Below are positions 1-11,700 of a stretch of 39,045 nucleotides of DNA, piece after piece. The stretch is taken from NCBI GenBank assembly GCA_000320545.1, contig ADNK01003320.1:1-39045 (forward strand), written 5' to 3'. How positions within the stretch are numbered: the first letter of the stretch is position 1; every line of letters starts with the position of its first letter. The notes beneath the pieces were generated by a model. It was not told the DNA's origin, ran no database searches, and saw only the letters and a program-made list of their open reading frames with translations. This DNA comes from Bigelowiella natans CCMP2755. Lineage: Eukaryota > Protista > Cercozoa. Both the position numbers and the translations under genes were made by a program.

Positions 1-1675
1 CACACACACACACACACACATACACACACACATTGCTTTGCTGCTGCATAGTTCTGTACCGTAAACAGCCAATTCGTTCCGATAGGCCCGAAGGTAGGCC
101 CTTCCAGATTGGGGAGCCTGTTGGTATTATTTGCCATCATCATCACCAACCATCAATCATCAATCATCGATCACCATTGCTATATTGTTATCATCGTCCA
201 ATCGTGTCCGCTACATAGCGCAACGCACGCGTTTGCATAAGAATAAAGACACACGTCGATTGACGAGACGAGGAACTCAAAGATGAGAGGGAGGGGGAGA
301 GAGAGGGGGGGGCAGAGAGAAAGCTAAGAAAATGCCGTGCTCCATGATTTTTGACACCTCTCCCTCCCTCTCGCTTCGCTCTCGCTCTCGTTCTCTCGCT
401 CTCTCTCTCATACACACACACACTCACACGCACGCACATACCAGAGAAATGGCTGATTCATTTGACCTATGGGAAGAACCACCGGGAAGTGAAGAAGTAG
501 GGGAAGCGGACAAGGGGGAGAGGGGAGGAGGGAGGAGGGAGGGGGTGAGCACTAACACATCGACTACCACACCGAGCTAAGGTGCTAAAGCTGCTGTTAT
601 TACGCGCGGACAGAATGCTGCCGGAGGCAGACATGACAGACATGGATGGGCCGTGTCGCCTCCGGCAGCATTCGTGCTTCTCCTCACCAAAGCAAGAGAC
701 ATGATGATGCGACGATTTCTCGGACAAACATCGGGGGAACATCTCCGCCTCCAGCGCGGAAGATTCCTCCCGTGCCGTCACCGTCAGCCGTCGTATCGTC
801 GCATTGCTGATGGCGTTCTCTCTCGATTTTCGGGGGGGCAAATTGCGAGGGTGAGGGCATCATGGCTGTTACTACCATCGGTGGCAAGGTTCTGCAGCGC
901 ACGGTAGAGCGCGATGAAGATCGGAATCTGGGCGAATGCCGGCAGGAGACCTGCGAGGGGATTGACCTACATAGCAGCCGCCCAAGCAAATGGGATTAGC
1001 ATACGGAGGTGGTGGAGATTCAAGAGGTGATTGATTGCGTCTTATGCTTGTTCCAAGATGTTATGGTTGGTGCCGAACCCCGCAGCATTCATCAACCCTC
1101 CCCTTCTTCTTCTTCCCCCCCTCCCCCCCCCCCGCCCCCTCTCCTCTTGCCTTTCTAACCTGATTCTCTGCGTAGACACTTTGGAGTTTCTCTGCGCTTT
1201 TGTTGGGATCGTCTTTGTATCTATGTACCAGAAGGGTAAAATTGGTGTTAATACATACACGCACACACGCACGCACGCACGCACGCACAAAGCGAGGGGG
1301 GGGGGAGGAAAAGAGAGAGAGATTGATTGAGAGCTACTCACTATTTCATCTTCTTTTTCCACTACCAATACGAAGTATAATGAAAAACACGGACGTTGAT
1401 TGATTCGTAGGGAAAGAAAAACCACCAGCATCTTTTTGTGTGTGTCCAGCGATTATAACCCTCACTGTCTACTTCAATATCAATGTCCGTCGATATTTCT
1501 TATTGCCGTGGCTCTTTCACCGTGCTCGATTACTACGACTACGTCTTCTACTTGTTCTTTTTCTTCTTCTTCTTCTCTACTACTACTACTGCTACTACTT
1601 TGCTTGGATTTCTTTGATCTTAGGCTGAATGATGCCCATTCTCTCAGTACCTTTGATCTGTGGGTACCATATGGA

Positions 1676-1736
<61 letters not shown>

Positions 1737-2058
1737 ATGTACACTTCTATGTAATGTACACTTCAAGAGATAAATACTTCAAATACACTTATTTATTTAT
1801 TCATATGTCCAGTGCTGTTGATTCTCGCCAGGCCCCCACGTCCTCCCCCATCCCCATATCCCCATATCCCCCCCCAAAACCACTCTATCCATGATTCGTC
1901 ATCAGGATACCTGTTGCTCGTTCAGAGGGAAGGTGAGGAGCTTCACAAACACGGTGAACAGCACGATAGAGAGGCCAATCGATTGCTCGACGCCTACTTT
2001 CTGTGTTGGATTGATTCAGTGAGTGGTTGAGCCCCGTCGTTGCATTAGCGGCAGCAGT

Positions 2059-2095
<37 letters not shown>

Positions 2096-2170
2096 CAGAT
2101 ACGAGCAAATTTAATGTTTGTTGACGATGCATGCAGCAGTGGAGTAAGACATGCAGGCTTTGTGGCCTTC

Positions 2171-2222
<52 letters not shown>

Positions 2223-2270
2223 AGTGTGTGTGTGTGTGTCTGTGTGTGTGCAGTATATTACACTATATTA

Positions 2271-2311
<41 letters not shown>

Positions 2312-2600
2312 CCTCCCTCCCCCATTTCAATATTCATATCCACGGAGTATATTTGAATCATTTCTGCCCCGCTGCCGCCTCCTCCGCACAGCGCGAGACA
2401 GCAGCAGCGACGACGAACCTGTAGCGAGTTGGACATGAAGAGGATGGTCCCGGCGATGAGCTTCACAAACTGCCCGAAAGGCCCGACTGCGAGAACAACG
2501 CACGCACACATTAACAGGGACGTATATCCTTGGCTTTCTTCGGAAGAAACACGATGAAAAACAGAGCCCCCCCCTCCCCCCCCCCCCCCCACCGCTCCCC
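1..2600. repeat. Microsatellite-rich introns of ALB3: (CA)n, (TA)n, (CT)n, (CAG)n, (CTT/CTA)n, poly-C/G
   Basis: Examples: (CA)n 1-32, (CA)n(TA)n 1677-1733, (GCA)n about 2052-2093, (TA)n(TG)n about 2178-2249, (CT)n 2276-2307, poly-C about 2567-2590. Confidence 0.95.
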
Positions 2601-4106
2601 CCCATCCCTTTGTTTCACCTGATTTTTCCTGCTCGGAAACAACTTGCACCGCATCGGCGAGGGACGCGAACAGTTGTGGTGTTATCGTATCCGCAGCCTA
2701 ACGATACCGACGGATGGGGGAAGAACGCGCATTTTCATTTTCAGTCTTGGCGAGGCGACGCACCCCGCTTTATGCGAGCTGTCTATATATCTATTATGGG
2801 GGAGTACTGTACACGGGCTGTCTATAATATTTATATGCAGGAACGCTGTATGGAACTAGTTATGTATCAGCTTTCACTACCACGGCTTTAGAGGCCACAG
2901 CTGCATGCTCGACGATATCTGCAGGATGAATATGAGAAGGATTAGCGCGACGACGATAAGTAGACCGTTCAGCCCTTTTTGTCACTTCCTATGTCCTACC
3001 CCTCCTCCCGCCCCCGCCTCGAAATTGTTTTTCAAAGAACGACGATAAAGTCCGAATATGCCGAATTTGAATATCGAAGCAGTTCCGAAGCATGTTAATG
3101 GCGCATATCATCCTCACCCTTATTTGTCTGTAGTGTTCCTACGATGTCATTGATCTCTGGTACTGCATTTACATTTAGCTGGCTTCTTCGCACGTGATTG
3201 CTTGGCTTGCGTGCCAAGGGGCGCGGAGCACGGAAGGAGGAGGATGATACACGCTGCTGGCGAAGCAATGCTGGAGAGACTGAGAAATGAGCAGAAACAA
3301 ATGATGAATTTTAGGGATTAGAAATGGTATAGGCGTTTAGAGTTAAATAATATATATTTAACGTATTTCTTCCCTCTACATCCCCTCACTGCCTCACGTT
3401 GCACCACTCACACTGTTGGCTGTGCGATGATGGCGACCACTTCATTTAACTATTATTTACAGTTAAAACTAACGACTATGGCAGCAAAATTGGGGTGCTC
3501 GCTCATGCTTGCGCGATATGGTTTCAGTACTAAGACCGCATTATCAAATGAATGAATTCGATCAAACACACAACACAAACCTGCTTTTCTGACGGCTACT
3601 GAAGACGATCTGAAGGGCAACGAAACACACATCGATTCGCTCAAATTGAAGTAAGAAATTTTAGGAAATTCAAAGATAATCATGATTTCAATTTGCTTCG
3701 TCGAACAAAATCTCCTAGTTTGGTCGACTTTTGAATGGAAGCGCACTGTGCAAAGAACATCCACGGCGAACCGTGAAGGTCAGGTGCATCAGCGTCACGC
3801 ATTGCGTAAGAAAGGTATTGTTCGATGACATGGACGAGGAAATATTGAAATAGAATGATCCCATGGAAAGCATTCTCTTTCATTAGTCCTTCAAATGAAC
3901 GGAACGTAGTTCCACCGTACCCCTCTACGTGGCCCTAGATGATGGATATACCTAAGATCTGGATTCGCCAGGAAAGCACTGGCTACGACCACAGTTATGG
4001 CAATCGATCCAACGATAGCTGCAACAGTATATGTGCGTCTGGACCGAGGAATTCTCTCTTCCACGAAGGTGTGGTATTCAGCGGCGGTAGGGGGGTTGGG
4101 CGCCAT
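60..4106 (-). CDS. ALB3: Plastid ALB3/YidC/Oxa1-family membrane protein insertase with bipartite targeting leader (3' end lies beyond the left edge of the window)
   Basis: Phase-consistent GT-AG exons: 3118-3279 (SPALLRQQRVSSSSFRAPRPLARKPSNHVRRSQLNVNA, transit-peptide-like), 2881-2918, 2619-2697, 2419-2486 (GPFGQFVKLIAGTILFMSNSLQ), 1911-2000 (KVGVEQSIGLSIVLFTVFVKLLTFPLNEQQ), 1599-1657 (IKGTERMGIIQPKIKEIQAK), 1160-1220 (YKDDPNKSAEKLQSVYAENQ), 876-966 (VNPLAGLLPAFAQIPIFIALYRALQNLATDG), 442-466 (QMNQPFLW), 60-117 (LPNLEGPTFGPIGTNWLFT). These are typical Alb3 motifs. The first exon 3952-4106 (hydrophobic signal peptide) is assigned by position; how it links to 3279 is unresolved. Confidence 0.9.
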
Positions 4107-4689
4107 TATTCAGATTTAGGAGTTTAGGAAAGGCTCCTGAAATAAGAGGTTTGAGCCTTATTATTGCATAAAATGGTACTTTCTTGCGATAACATGACAT
4201 AAATGGCTTGGTATTTTCTATAGTCTTTGAGAGATTGTGTAGATGTGTGAACAGTCTTCATTCTTCCTATAGTGTAAACTCTAATTATTGTCGCAGCCGG
4301 AAATATGGTGAGGATCAAGATCTCGATTCCAGAACCGCTAAGTCTGAAAATCAGCCCTCTACCTTTCCCTTATTTTTCTTGTGAGGCGGATTGGAGGATA
4401 ATTTCTTCGTGCGAATTGACTTTCATATTGTCACAGGATGAAAATGAAACTCCAATTTGATCATTAATTTCCGAAAAGGTAAAGCGCGCCGAAACTGGCC
4501 TTTTAGAACGAACCGTGGTAGAAATCGACACAAACCGCTCGCATCTTTTGTAGATCTTGCTACATCGCCACTCGTAGCTGGTGGGAATCCGGTGAAAAAT
4601 CACGGAAATCATCCAGGTGGTTGGCTGCCCAGTTCAAATTTTTGCAACCACGCGATATTTGATATTTTTTCGATTACGTGAAATCCTAG

Positions 4690-5424
4690 GAAATCATCGG
4701 AAACCAGCGGCCCACATTTGACGATTTTCCACTGAAGTTCGCAGTTGAGATTTCCGTCTGCGCTCGGGAAAAGTTGGTCCGAAATCTGAGTTGCGACTGT
4801 GAAATCAAAACTGATGAACAAGCAAGAGAAGTAACCTTTTCAATGTCGAGTGGTTTCCTTCTCTTGCCGATCTCCTACCCCGGAAGAAGAAGGTGGGGTA
4901 GGGAAACTCACAACGAGAGAACATTGACAGTCCCCCCATCCTTGTGGGCAGACCTCATTTGGCGAGTTGTTGTTCTCCATGACATCTGCACATCGCAATG
5001 AACAGTGCTTTGCTTCCCCCTCCATCAATCCATCGACGTGGAGGCTGTTGAGCATCCGAAATCGGCAGCACAGCCAAACAGAGGAACCAGCTTGTCTGTG
5101 CACTGAATTAGACCCCAAATCTAGAGATTCCTGTTCGAATCCAGACAGTCGAAAGCATGTGTCGTGGTTCACAATTTGGGCCCGTGAGCAGAGCCATCTA
5201 GACGTGTGTTTGCACACCACGCTAGGACGCCCTGCTAGCCTAGCGCCTGCACCAAGCGCGCTGAACACAACCAAAAACTGTTCATGTGGAAGATTTTGTT
5301 ATTTGATTCGTGCACACATGCCGGCTGTGTTGCAGCACAGCTTCAACATCAGGTCGTAATGATGTCTTCAAATGAGAGCCAAATTCATCTGGGCTCATCC
5401 ATCAAGGTTTTGAAACGAATGACA
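4690..5424. other. TpA-depleted intergenic block with a small CTAG cluster, downstream of the kinase stop
   Basis: 4901-5424 has five CTAG (5121, 5198 and three in 5222-5243) and only three other TA. 4690-4831 has no TA. The flanking AT-rich DNA is TA-rich. Confidence 0.7.
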
Positions 5425-5511
5425 TAGTGCAATCATTTTCGACGAAAAATCGGACATTTATCATTGACTGTTGCCATAGTAGATCCGACAAACTATGCGT
5501 GGTTACTCTTG

Positions 5512-8028
5512 TTATGCTTCGGATTTGAAATCCCCTCTTCCTTTTTCCAATAGGGACTGCACTTTCGGATTTCCACTAGATCGCGGGGATCGTGGCGGCG
5601 TGCCACTTCCAAAGTCAGACGTATTACCACTACTCTCTCTATGCAAACGCGTAGGGCTTTCTGATGCTGCTCTAATAAGTCTCGCTTCAGCTTTTTTCAT
5701 CGCCAACCTGTAATTATAGCACATATCGATCTCATATTGACGATTTTACTGTAAAATTCACGAGATCAGTAACCTGTGCAGATTTGAGAATTCGCTAATT
5801 TGCCTTCTATGGTTTTTATTTCTACCCCTAGTCCGAGTTGAGTCTCCTAATGACTCCTCTGTCGATGCTTATGATGAGAATGTTCAATTTCAATTACTCT
5901 ACCACACAAGACGCAAAAATAAAATGGGATATGAGAACTGTACTTGTTTCGTGTGGCTCATCTCCAAGAGTATCCACAACTTGCAAATTGCCCATTTGCA
6001 GAATAGCAAATGCCTAAATCAATACAGCCTTAGAAATACGAAACTTCAAAGGCTTTCTTGAAAAATGAAGCGTACTTCTTTAAGCATATCCTTCAAGCTA
6101 ACATCGACACTCTCACCAAGAGTTTGCTTCAGGATCTCATTCATTATATTTCTCTAATATTTTGGACAATATAGCTCGTCATAAGTTTCGGATCAACATT
6201 TAATGTTTGTTTTACTTACAATTCTGGCCATAAGATAAATGTAGTGAGCTACTCTTAAAAGCTTGTGCCGAAGAATCTAAAAACCAATGATTAATTATCC
6301 CTCAAATTCTTCAATACAAAATAAAAACGCACCATTTTCTTGACGTTGCTTGTTCGTTTATTCACTGCAGAACTTTCAATTATTGGAATTTGTTACTGGA
6401 AAATCCTAGATTCATTAACCAATTTTAGATACCTTTTGATGTTTGATGCCGATTTACTAGTTTCGTAGTCAACACAGTTTTCTTTTATCCACGGATGTCT
6501 TAAACACTGGAATCCATAATATCAGTTTTGACATTAAAAATATAAATCTTGAAATATTTTAATCGGTGCATTGCATTTTACAAAAGTAATGTAAGGTCGT
6601 ATATAAATCTTTGCGAACTAAGAAACAGATATGACCTCTTCAGCATTCAAGCGCCTGTCGGGATACTTTTGGAGTAACCCGAGAATTAGATCCTTTACCT
6701 GCAACATCTATGATTGTCACTATTTCCCACCCAATTGCATATTAATTTTCACCTGATCAGAGGATCCTTCCCAATATCGTTTTGGGAATCTGATTTTCGC
6801 TCTTCGGATCTGCGTATGGGATGATGAATGACAAATCGATTGAGTTGGAACCAGTATTACGTGTTTGAAGAACTCGGGCAGAGTCCTCTTTCTTGAGAAT
6901 GGAGAAGTTCCTACAAAACCGATAATATGTCATAACATGGGGCAATGTACTCGACATTTTGGTAGAGCACCACTCATAAGTTCGTATGTAAGAACTCCGA
7001 GAGACCACATATCGCAACCGGTTCCATATTCAATCTTTCCATGCTTGTTCTTGAAGACGACTTCCGGGGCAACATACTGCGGTGTGCCTCTAGAAGAGGA
7101 CGTATAGCCTATAAAATTGTAATCATTTGATAGTTGTTTTTTTTAAGGATGTTCGATGGAGTAATACCCTTTTTATTATCGATGCATTTTGCAAAACCAA
7201 AGTCAAGAATTTTCAGTGAAGTCATTCCGGGGTCCTCTGAAGCAGGCTGGTTTTATTACCAACGTTAGATAAAGGCTTGATAGTGATTACAGATTAACTT
7301 ACCTTGGAAAACATGATATTTTGTGGTTTAAGATCACGATGGACTATTCCTAAACTATGCAGATACGCCAATGCCTTGCAAATACGCATGGTGCATGTCG
7401 CCACATGCCATTCTGTAATGTCATCTTGATGATTTTGAGCAAATCGATCATAGAGAGTTACTCCTCTCATCAACTCCTATTTGATAACGCCATGTACACC
7501 AAACAATTATATTATTTCTTGTACCAAAAAGTAGTAAGTTGCCCACCTGTATCAAGTAAATTTTTTTTTCACTCTCAAATGCTTCGATAAGATTACAGCA
7601 GTGAGGATGATTTATTTGCTTCAAGATTCGGATTTCCATTTCCACCAAGCTCCTGGAACAGACATTACAAACAGTTTTTCATAACTTAGCTCGTACTCAT
7701 ATCTAATCTGACCAACCGTTCGTCTGCATTAAGTTTGTCCTTTGCAATCGACTTTGCAGCATAAAGTTTCTGGTTGAAATTGGAATGGGATTCAATGGTT
7801 CAACACATTCTGTGACATTCGCAGCAGTGCGCCAGATTAGACACTCGTCGGTTGGAATGGTGGAAAGCTAGAAAAACGTGAAATAAACATAGTTAGATAT
7901 GATCGCCACGTCTACAAACCCACTTTCGTCTTCTTTTCCTCAACGCGGAACACGCGAGCGAATGCACCTCGGCCCAAAACACCTCGTTTCGTGTAGCGAT
8001 TCCGCAGGTGGGTCGCTCCGATCCCCAT
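5512..8028 (-). CDS. Ser/Thr protein kinase, CAMK/CDPK group, multi-exon
   Basis: ATG at 8028. Spliced exons give [35 protein letters not shown]|[13 protein letters not shown]..|[32 protein letters not shown]|[26 protein letters not shown]|..[10 protein letters not shown]..|[27 protein letters not shown]..|[24 protein letters not shown]. All catalytic motifs are present. The last exon is taken as the 5512-5724 ORF; the exons of the C-terminal region are less certain. Confidence 0.88.
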
Positions 8029-8079
8029 AGTAGCTGGAAATAGTAGCTGGAAATAGTAGCTGGAATAAGTAGCTGGAAA
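8028..8079. repeat. Four tandem copies of a 13-bp unit (TAGTAGCTGGAAA) abutting the kinase start codon
   Basis: Units at 8028-8040, 8041-8053, 8054-8066 (1 mismatch) and 8067-8079 (1 mismatch). Confidence 0.9.
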
Positions 8080-8730
8080 ATGTCGCAGGCAAGAAACACA
8101 CAGCATTTCAGTGCTTTTCCACCATGAACGCGATGCATTTTGTATCTCGAAATACGAGCGCTAGGGTTTGATATGGAAATCCCGTTAAGATGTTTGACAC
8201 ATGCAGAGATTTCCCTCGATGACCAAAATAACGGAAAGTCAGAATTCAAATGATGTCGCAATTAAGAACCATCACCCAATTCAGGTATTTTAGACCCATC
8301 GTACAGCAGTTTTGGTCAACTTAGTGCCATGGCAACAATGGCAACTTGCCGACGCTGTCGTTTTTACCCCGTTGTGGATGTGCAATAAGTTGTCGCGTTC
8401 ACGGAACGGATGGCATTTGCAAGGGCTGAAAGTTGAACTTCGAGCCTTCAAGTCGCGCAGTTCGTATCTCAGTACACATCGGACGGACAAAACGATCCGT
8501 ACTCCGACGGTGGCGCGCGATTTTCACATGTCGCAGAGGCAAAATTTCCTCCAATTTTATTGAGGGCGAAAAATTAGGACAGAATTCGGAACGGGTTGAC
8601 AAAATCTGCTCCGCCACAGAAACATCAGATTGTTGTTGACACGAGACTCTCAACGGAGGAGGGATAAGCAAGTATTCAGTGCCCCTTGCTCTTGATTAGT
8701 TAATGAATAAATCGTGAAGGAAAGAAGACA

Positions 8731-11700
8731 ATGCTATATTCGTCACCGTCTCGCCGACAACTACCATCTGGCGGCTACTCAAGACCGGCAGGAAGGGACA
8801 TGGGCATGCCTCGCTTTGCGAACATCCCAAGTGGTCTTCCACCAGTATGTCAAAGGTTGACTTTTGACAGATCGTCATTCAATCTAATTTATAGATCGTC
8901 GTGATGTCTAGATTGGCGAAGGCCCGAGACCAATGCAAAGCCATCTCTCATATAGTTAGAGATTGGGCTGCGGCTAGCGAGACCTATGCAAAGGTTCAAA
9001 TATTTCCTCCAAGCATGCCCTCAACTGACTTTATTTACATATTTCTAGGCTCTGGGAAAGCTCTCTTCCGCTTACCCCTTTCCAAAAAGCCAAGGAGATT
9101 CAAAAAGTAAGTTCCCATCCCATTTTATTGATTTAAGTTGAGCATTCCATGTGCAGATACATTCTCCCTGGACAAAGGATATAAGAGCCTGTGTGATAAC
9201 TTCAATAGGACATCAACTCTGTATGTGGCTTTCATGTTTGTGAAAGTTTCTCCTAAATACATATGTACTTTATTCAGATTGCTAGGAGCGAGTGCTCAAG
9301 TTAAAAAGTCTCATGGATCTTTTGTTGAATTTGTTCGTTCACAAACGGCGGTACGAAATAAGATTACGAGAAATTTAGGGATCATGTTACCAAGAAATAC
9401 ATGTTTGTTTTGAACAGGAAAAACGAGAAATATTTGTAGAAGCAAATAAAAGAGAAAAACTTTTGCAAAAAGCGGAAGATTCTCATGCAAGTGCAAAGAA
9501 GGTCCTCAATTTTCAAAGCCATAAATATTCTTGATTAACCATATTATATCATATGCTTATGGATAGGCATATCGTTCTTCGCTGAAGGTTTGTAAAATTG
9601 TTACATAACATCTACAGATTAAAACTTGAGTATTTACTTAGGAAGCTGAGCGTCAGCTACAAAAACGCAAGGACTGTAAGCGGACTTTTCCATAATTGTT
9701 TAAACCAAATTATATGCGTTTTAAAAATACATAGATAAATGCATGTACTCTTTAATATTTACCTATGGCGGGGGGTGGGGGGGCGTGATGTTTGTAGTCA
9801 AAGCTCAAAATGCTGGACAGCAAAACTTAGCCCAGGTCTTATGGCTAAAGGTAATTGCATTTCGGAGAAGACACCAAATGGGACTTAAGTTCAGCTTGTT
9901 TCAGCAATTCTTTTAAGAACTTTGGTATCTATCGTTGATATAATTGTTTAGAACATTGAGCAGAACATCAAAAAGACGTTGGAGAAGTCAAAGGTTCTTT
10001 TTTAATTTGATTTTCAAGACGGTACCTTTCTAGGTTATATTCTTTTTATGCATTTTCACCCTCTCCACTAGGCTACACACGAAAACTACCTCAAACAGTA
10101 TTCGAAGTTGCGAAAAGTACAAGAGGAGAACCTCATGGCAATTAGTCAAGTATCCAAATTTTTTCTCGGTTAGTGTGAAGTAAAGTATAAAAGGATATCT
10201 GTTCAGATAATGGGTCTGATGGAACGTATTGATAAAAAAAGAATCGAAAGGGTAGGAAAATATTTCTATCAGTAGGCTTTGAACCTAATTTTCAATACGT
10301 AGTGTAAACGGATGTTGAGCAAGATTTCGAGGTCCCTTCAAATATTTTTCAATTCAATCAACGGGGAACAAAACGTAAGGCATGAAGCCGAAATCCCAAA
10401 AAAAGTTCACTTGTCAATAATTCTTTCATTTTCCTTCTCCTAGCTTGTTCAGGAGGCCATCATGCAGATCGATTCTACAAAGGACATCCAACAATTTGTT
10501 AACACGTTAGTGAACGAACGTGGTAGGTTAAAACTGAATAATCAGTCACGGGTGAAACTTACGTTTCCGCTGCAGGTTTCTTGGACACTACCAATTTTCG
10601 CTCTGTTACTCTTCAGCCTTACGAGGTAATTCTAATTGAATCAACAAGTCTGTTCCAATCTTCAGCGAACTGTAATATAGGGAGCAACCTTGAAGGAGGA
10701 AGGACTTCTTTTAAGGTAAACATGAAAACAATTTTGATCGGATGAACCAATCAATTATTATCATTTCCTGTTTAGTATCCCACGATCAATGAAAATGGAG
10801 ATAGCAAGGCCGATCAAAGAGGTAACTGAAAGTTAAATATCAAACTCGGCTTAATACGATACGAATCTATTCTAGGAAATTGATTTTGCATCTGATGTCT
10901 TCCTGAATGAAGATCTGAAGATGATGTTCCGCGATTTCCTGGAGAGTGTAAGAGCACATGTACACTTTCCTCGTGCAGTTCTTCCACCGATAAAAATACT
11001 TTGCTCAGGAAAGAAGTAGTGAAAATATAAATCTTCTTGATACGAATAATGAATTCATTCGGCTATGTGTGGATTTCACATTTACAAACGGACCCAAGTA
11101 GATTCCTTCTGATCATTATTTTATTCGATCTAACAACCTAATTCGTGCAGATGTCTCAAGACTTTAGAAGAAAGCATGAGGGAAAGTTCAAAAGAAACTG
11201 CTTTTCTCGATGAGGAGGAGGAACAACCTATGTTTAAGCTCGACCTGGAAATAGATGGGAAAACCGCAGCAGGTCTCTGATATGGAACTCTTAGTTGTAT
11301 CATTACTTCTCGAAAATTCTAATGAACAAACTCTCAGCTGTAAAAACACAAAAGGATATTGATGACAATACGACAGATCCTGAAATAGGAAACGGTGTTT
11401 CTTCTCCGAGAAATTCAAATTCAAGAAGAGGTTCGGGAGCTTTAGCCAGTAAATTGTTGAAGCCTGGAATATATGCAATACTGATTCAAGTGCCATACAA
11501 TGCTGTGAAGGCTCTACAATCCAACAATTTGCTAAGGGAAATCATTATACATCTGTGCAACTTCAAGGTAACCCCAATTTTTAGCAAAACGTAATATGAG
11601 CCCTTAAAATTTGATTAGAGCTTCGGCTTCGAGAGGAACAGATTATGAAAAGGTATACTTCAACCAAAAGATGTCATCCTGTTGACTAACACAAGCAACA

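Noticed and set aside
1400-2438. ORFs with IYIYIY, THTHTH, LSLSLS or poly-A runs (also at 33-38 kb)
   Set aside because: They are translations of intronic microsatellites.
4200-4830. Possible small plus-strand gene divergent from ALB3 (exon-like 4690-4830)
   Set aside because: I could not build a phase-consistent model or recognise a domain, and the open frame may reflect local TA depletion.
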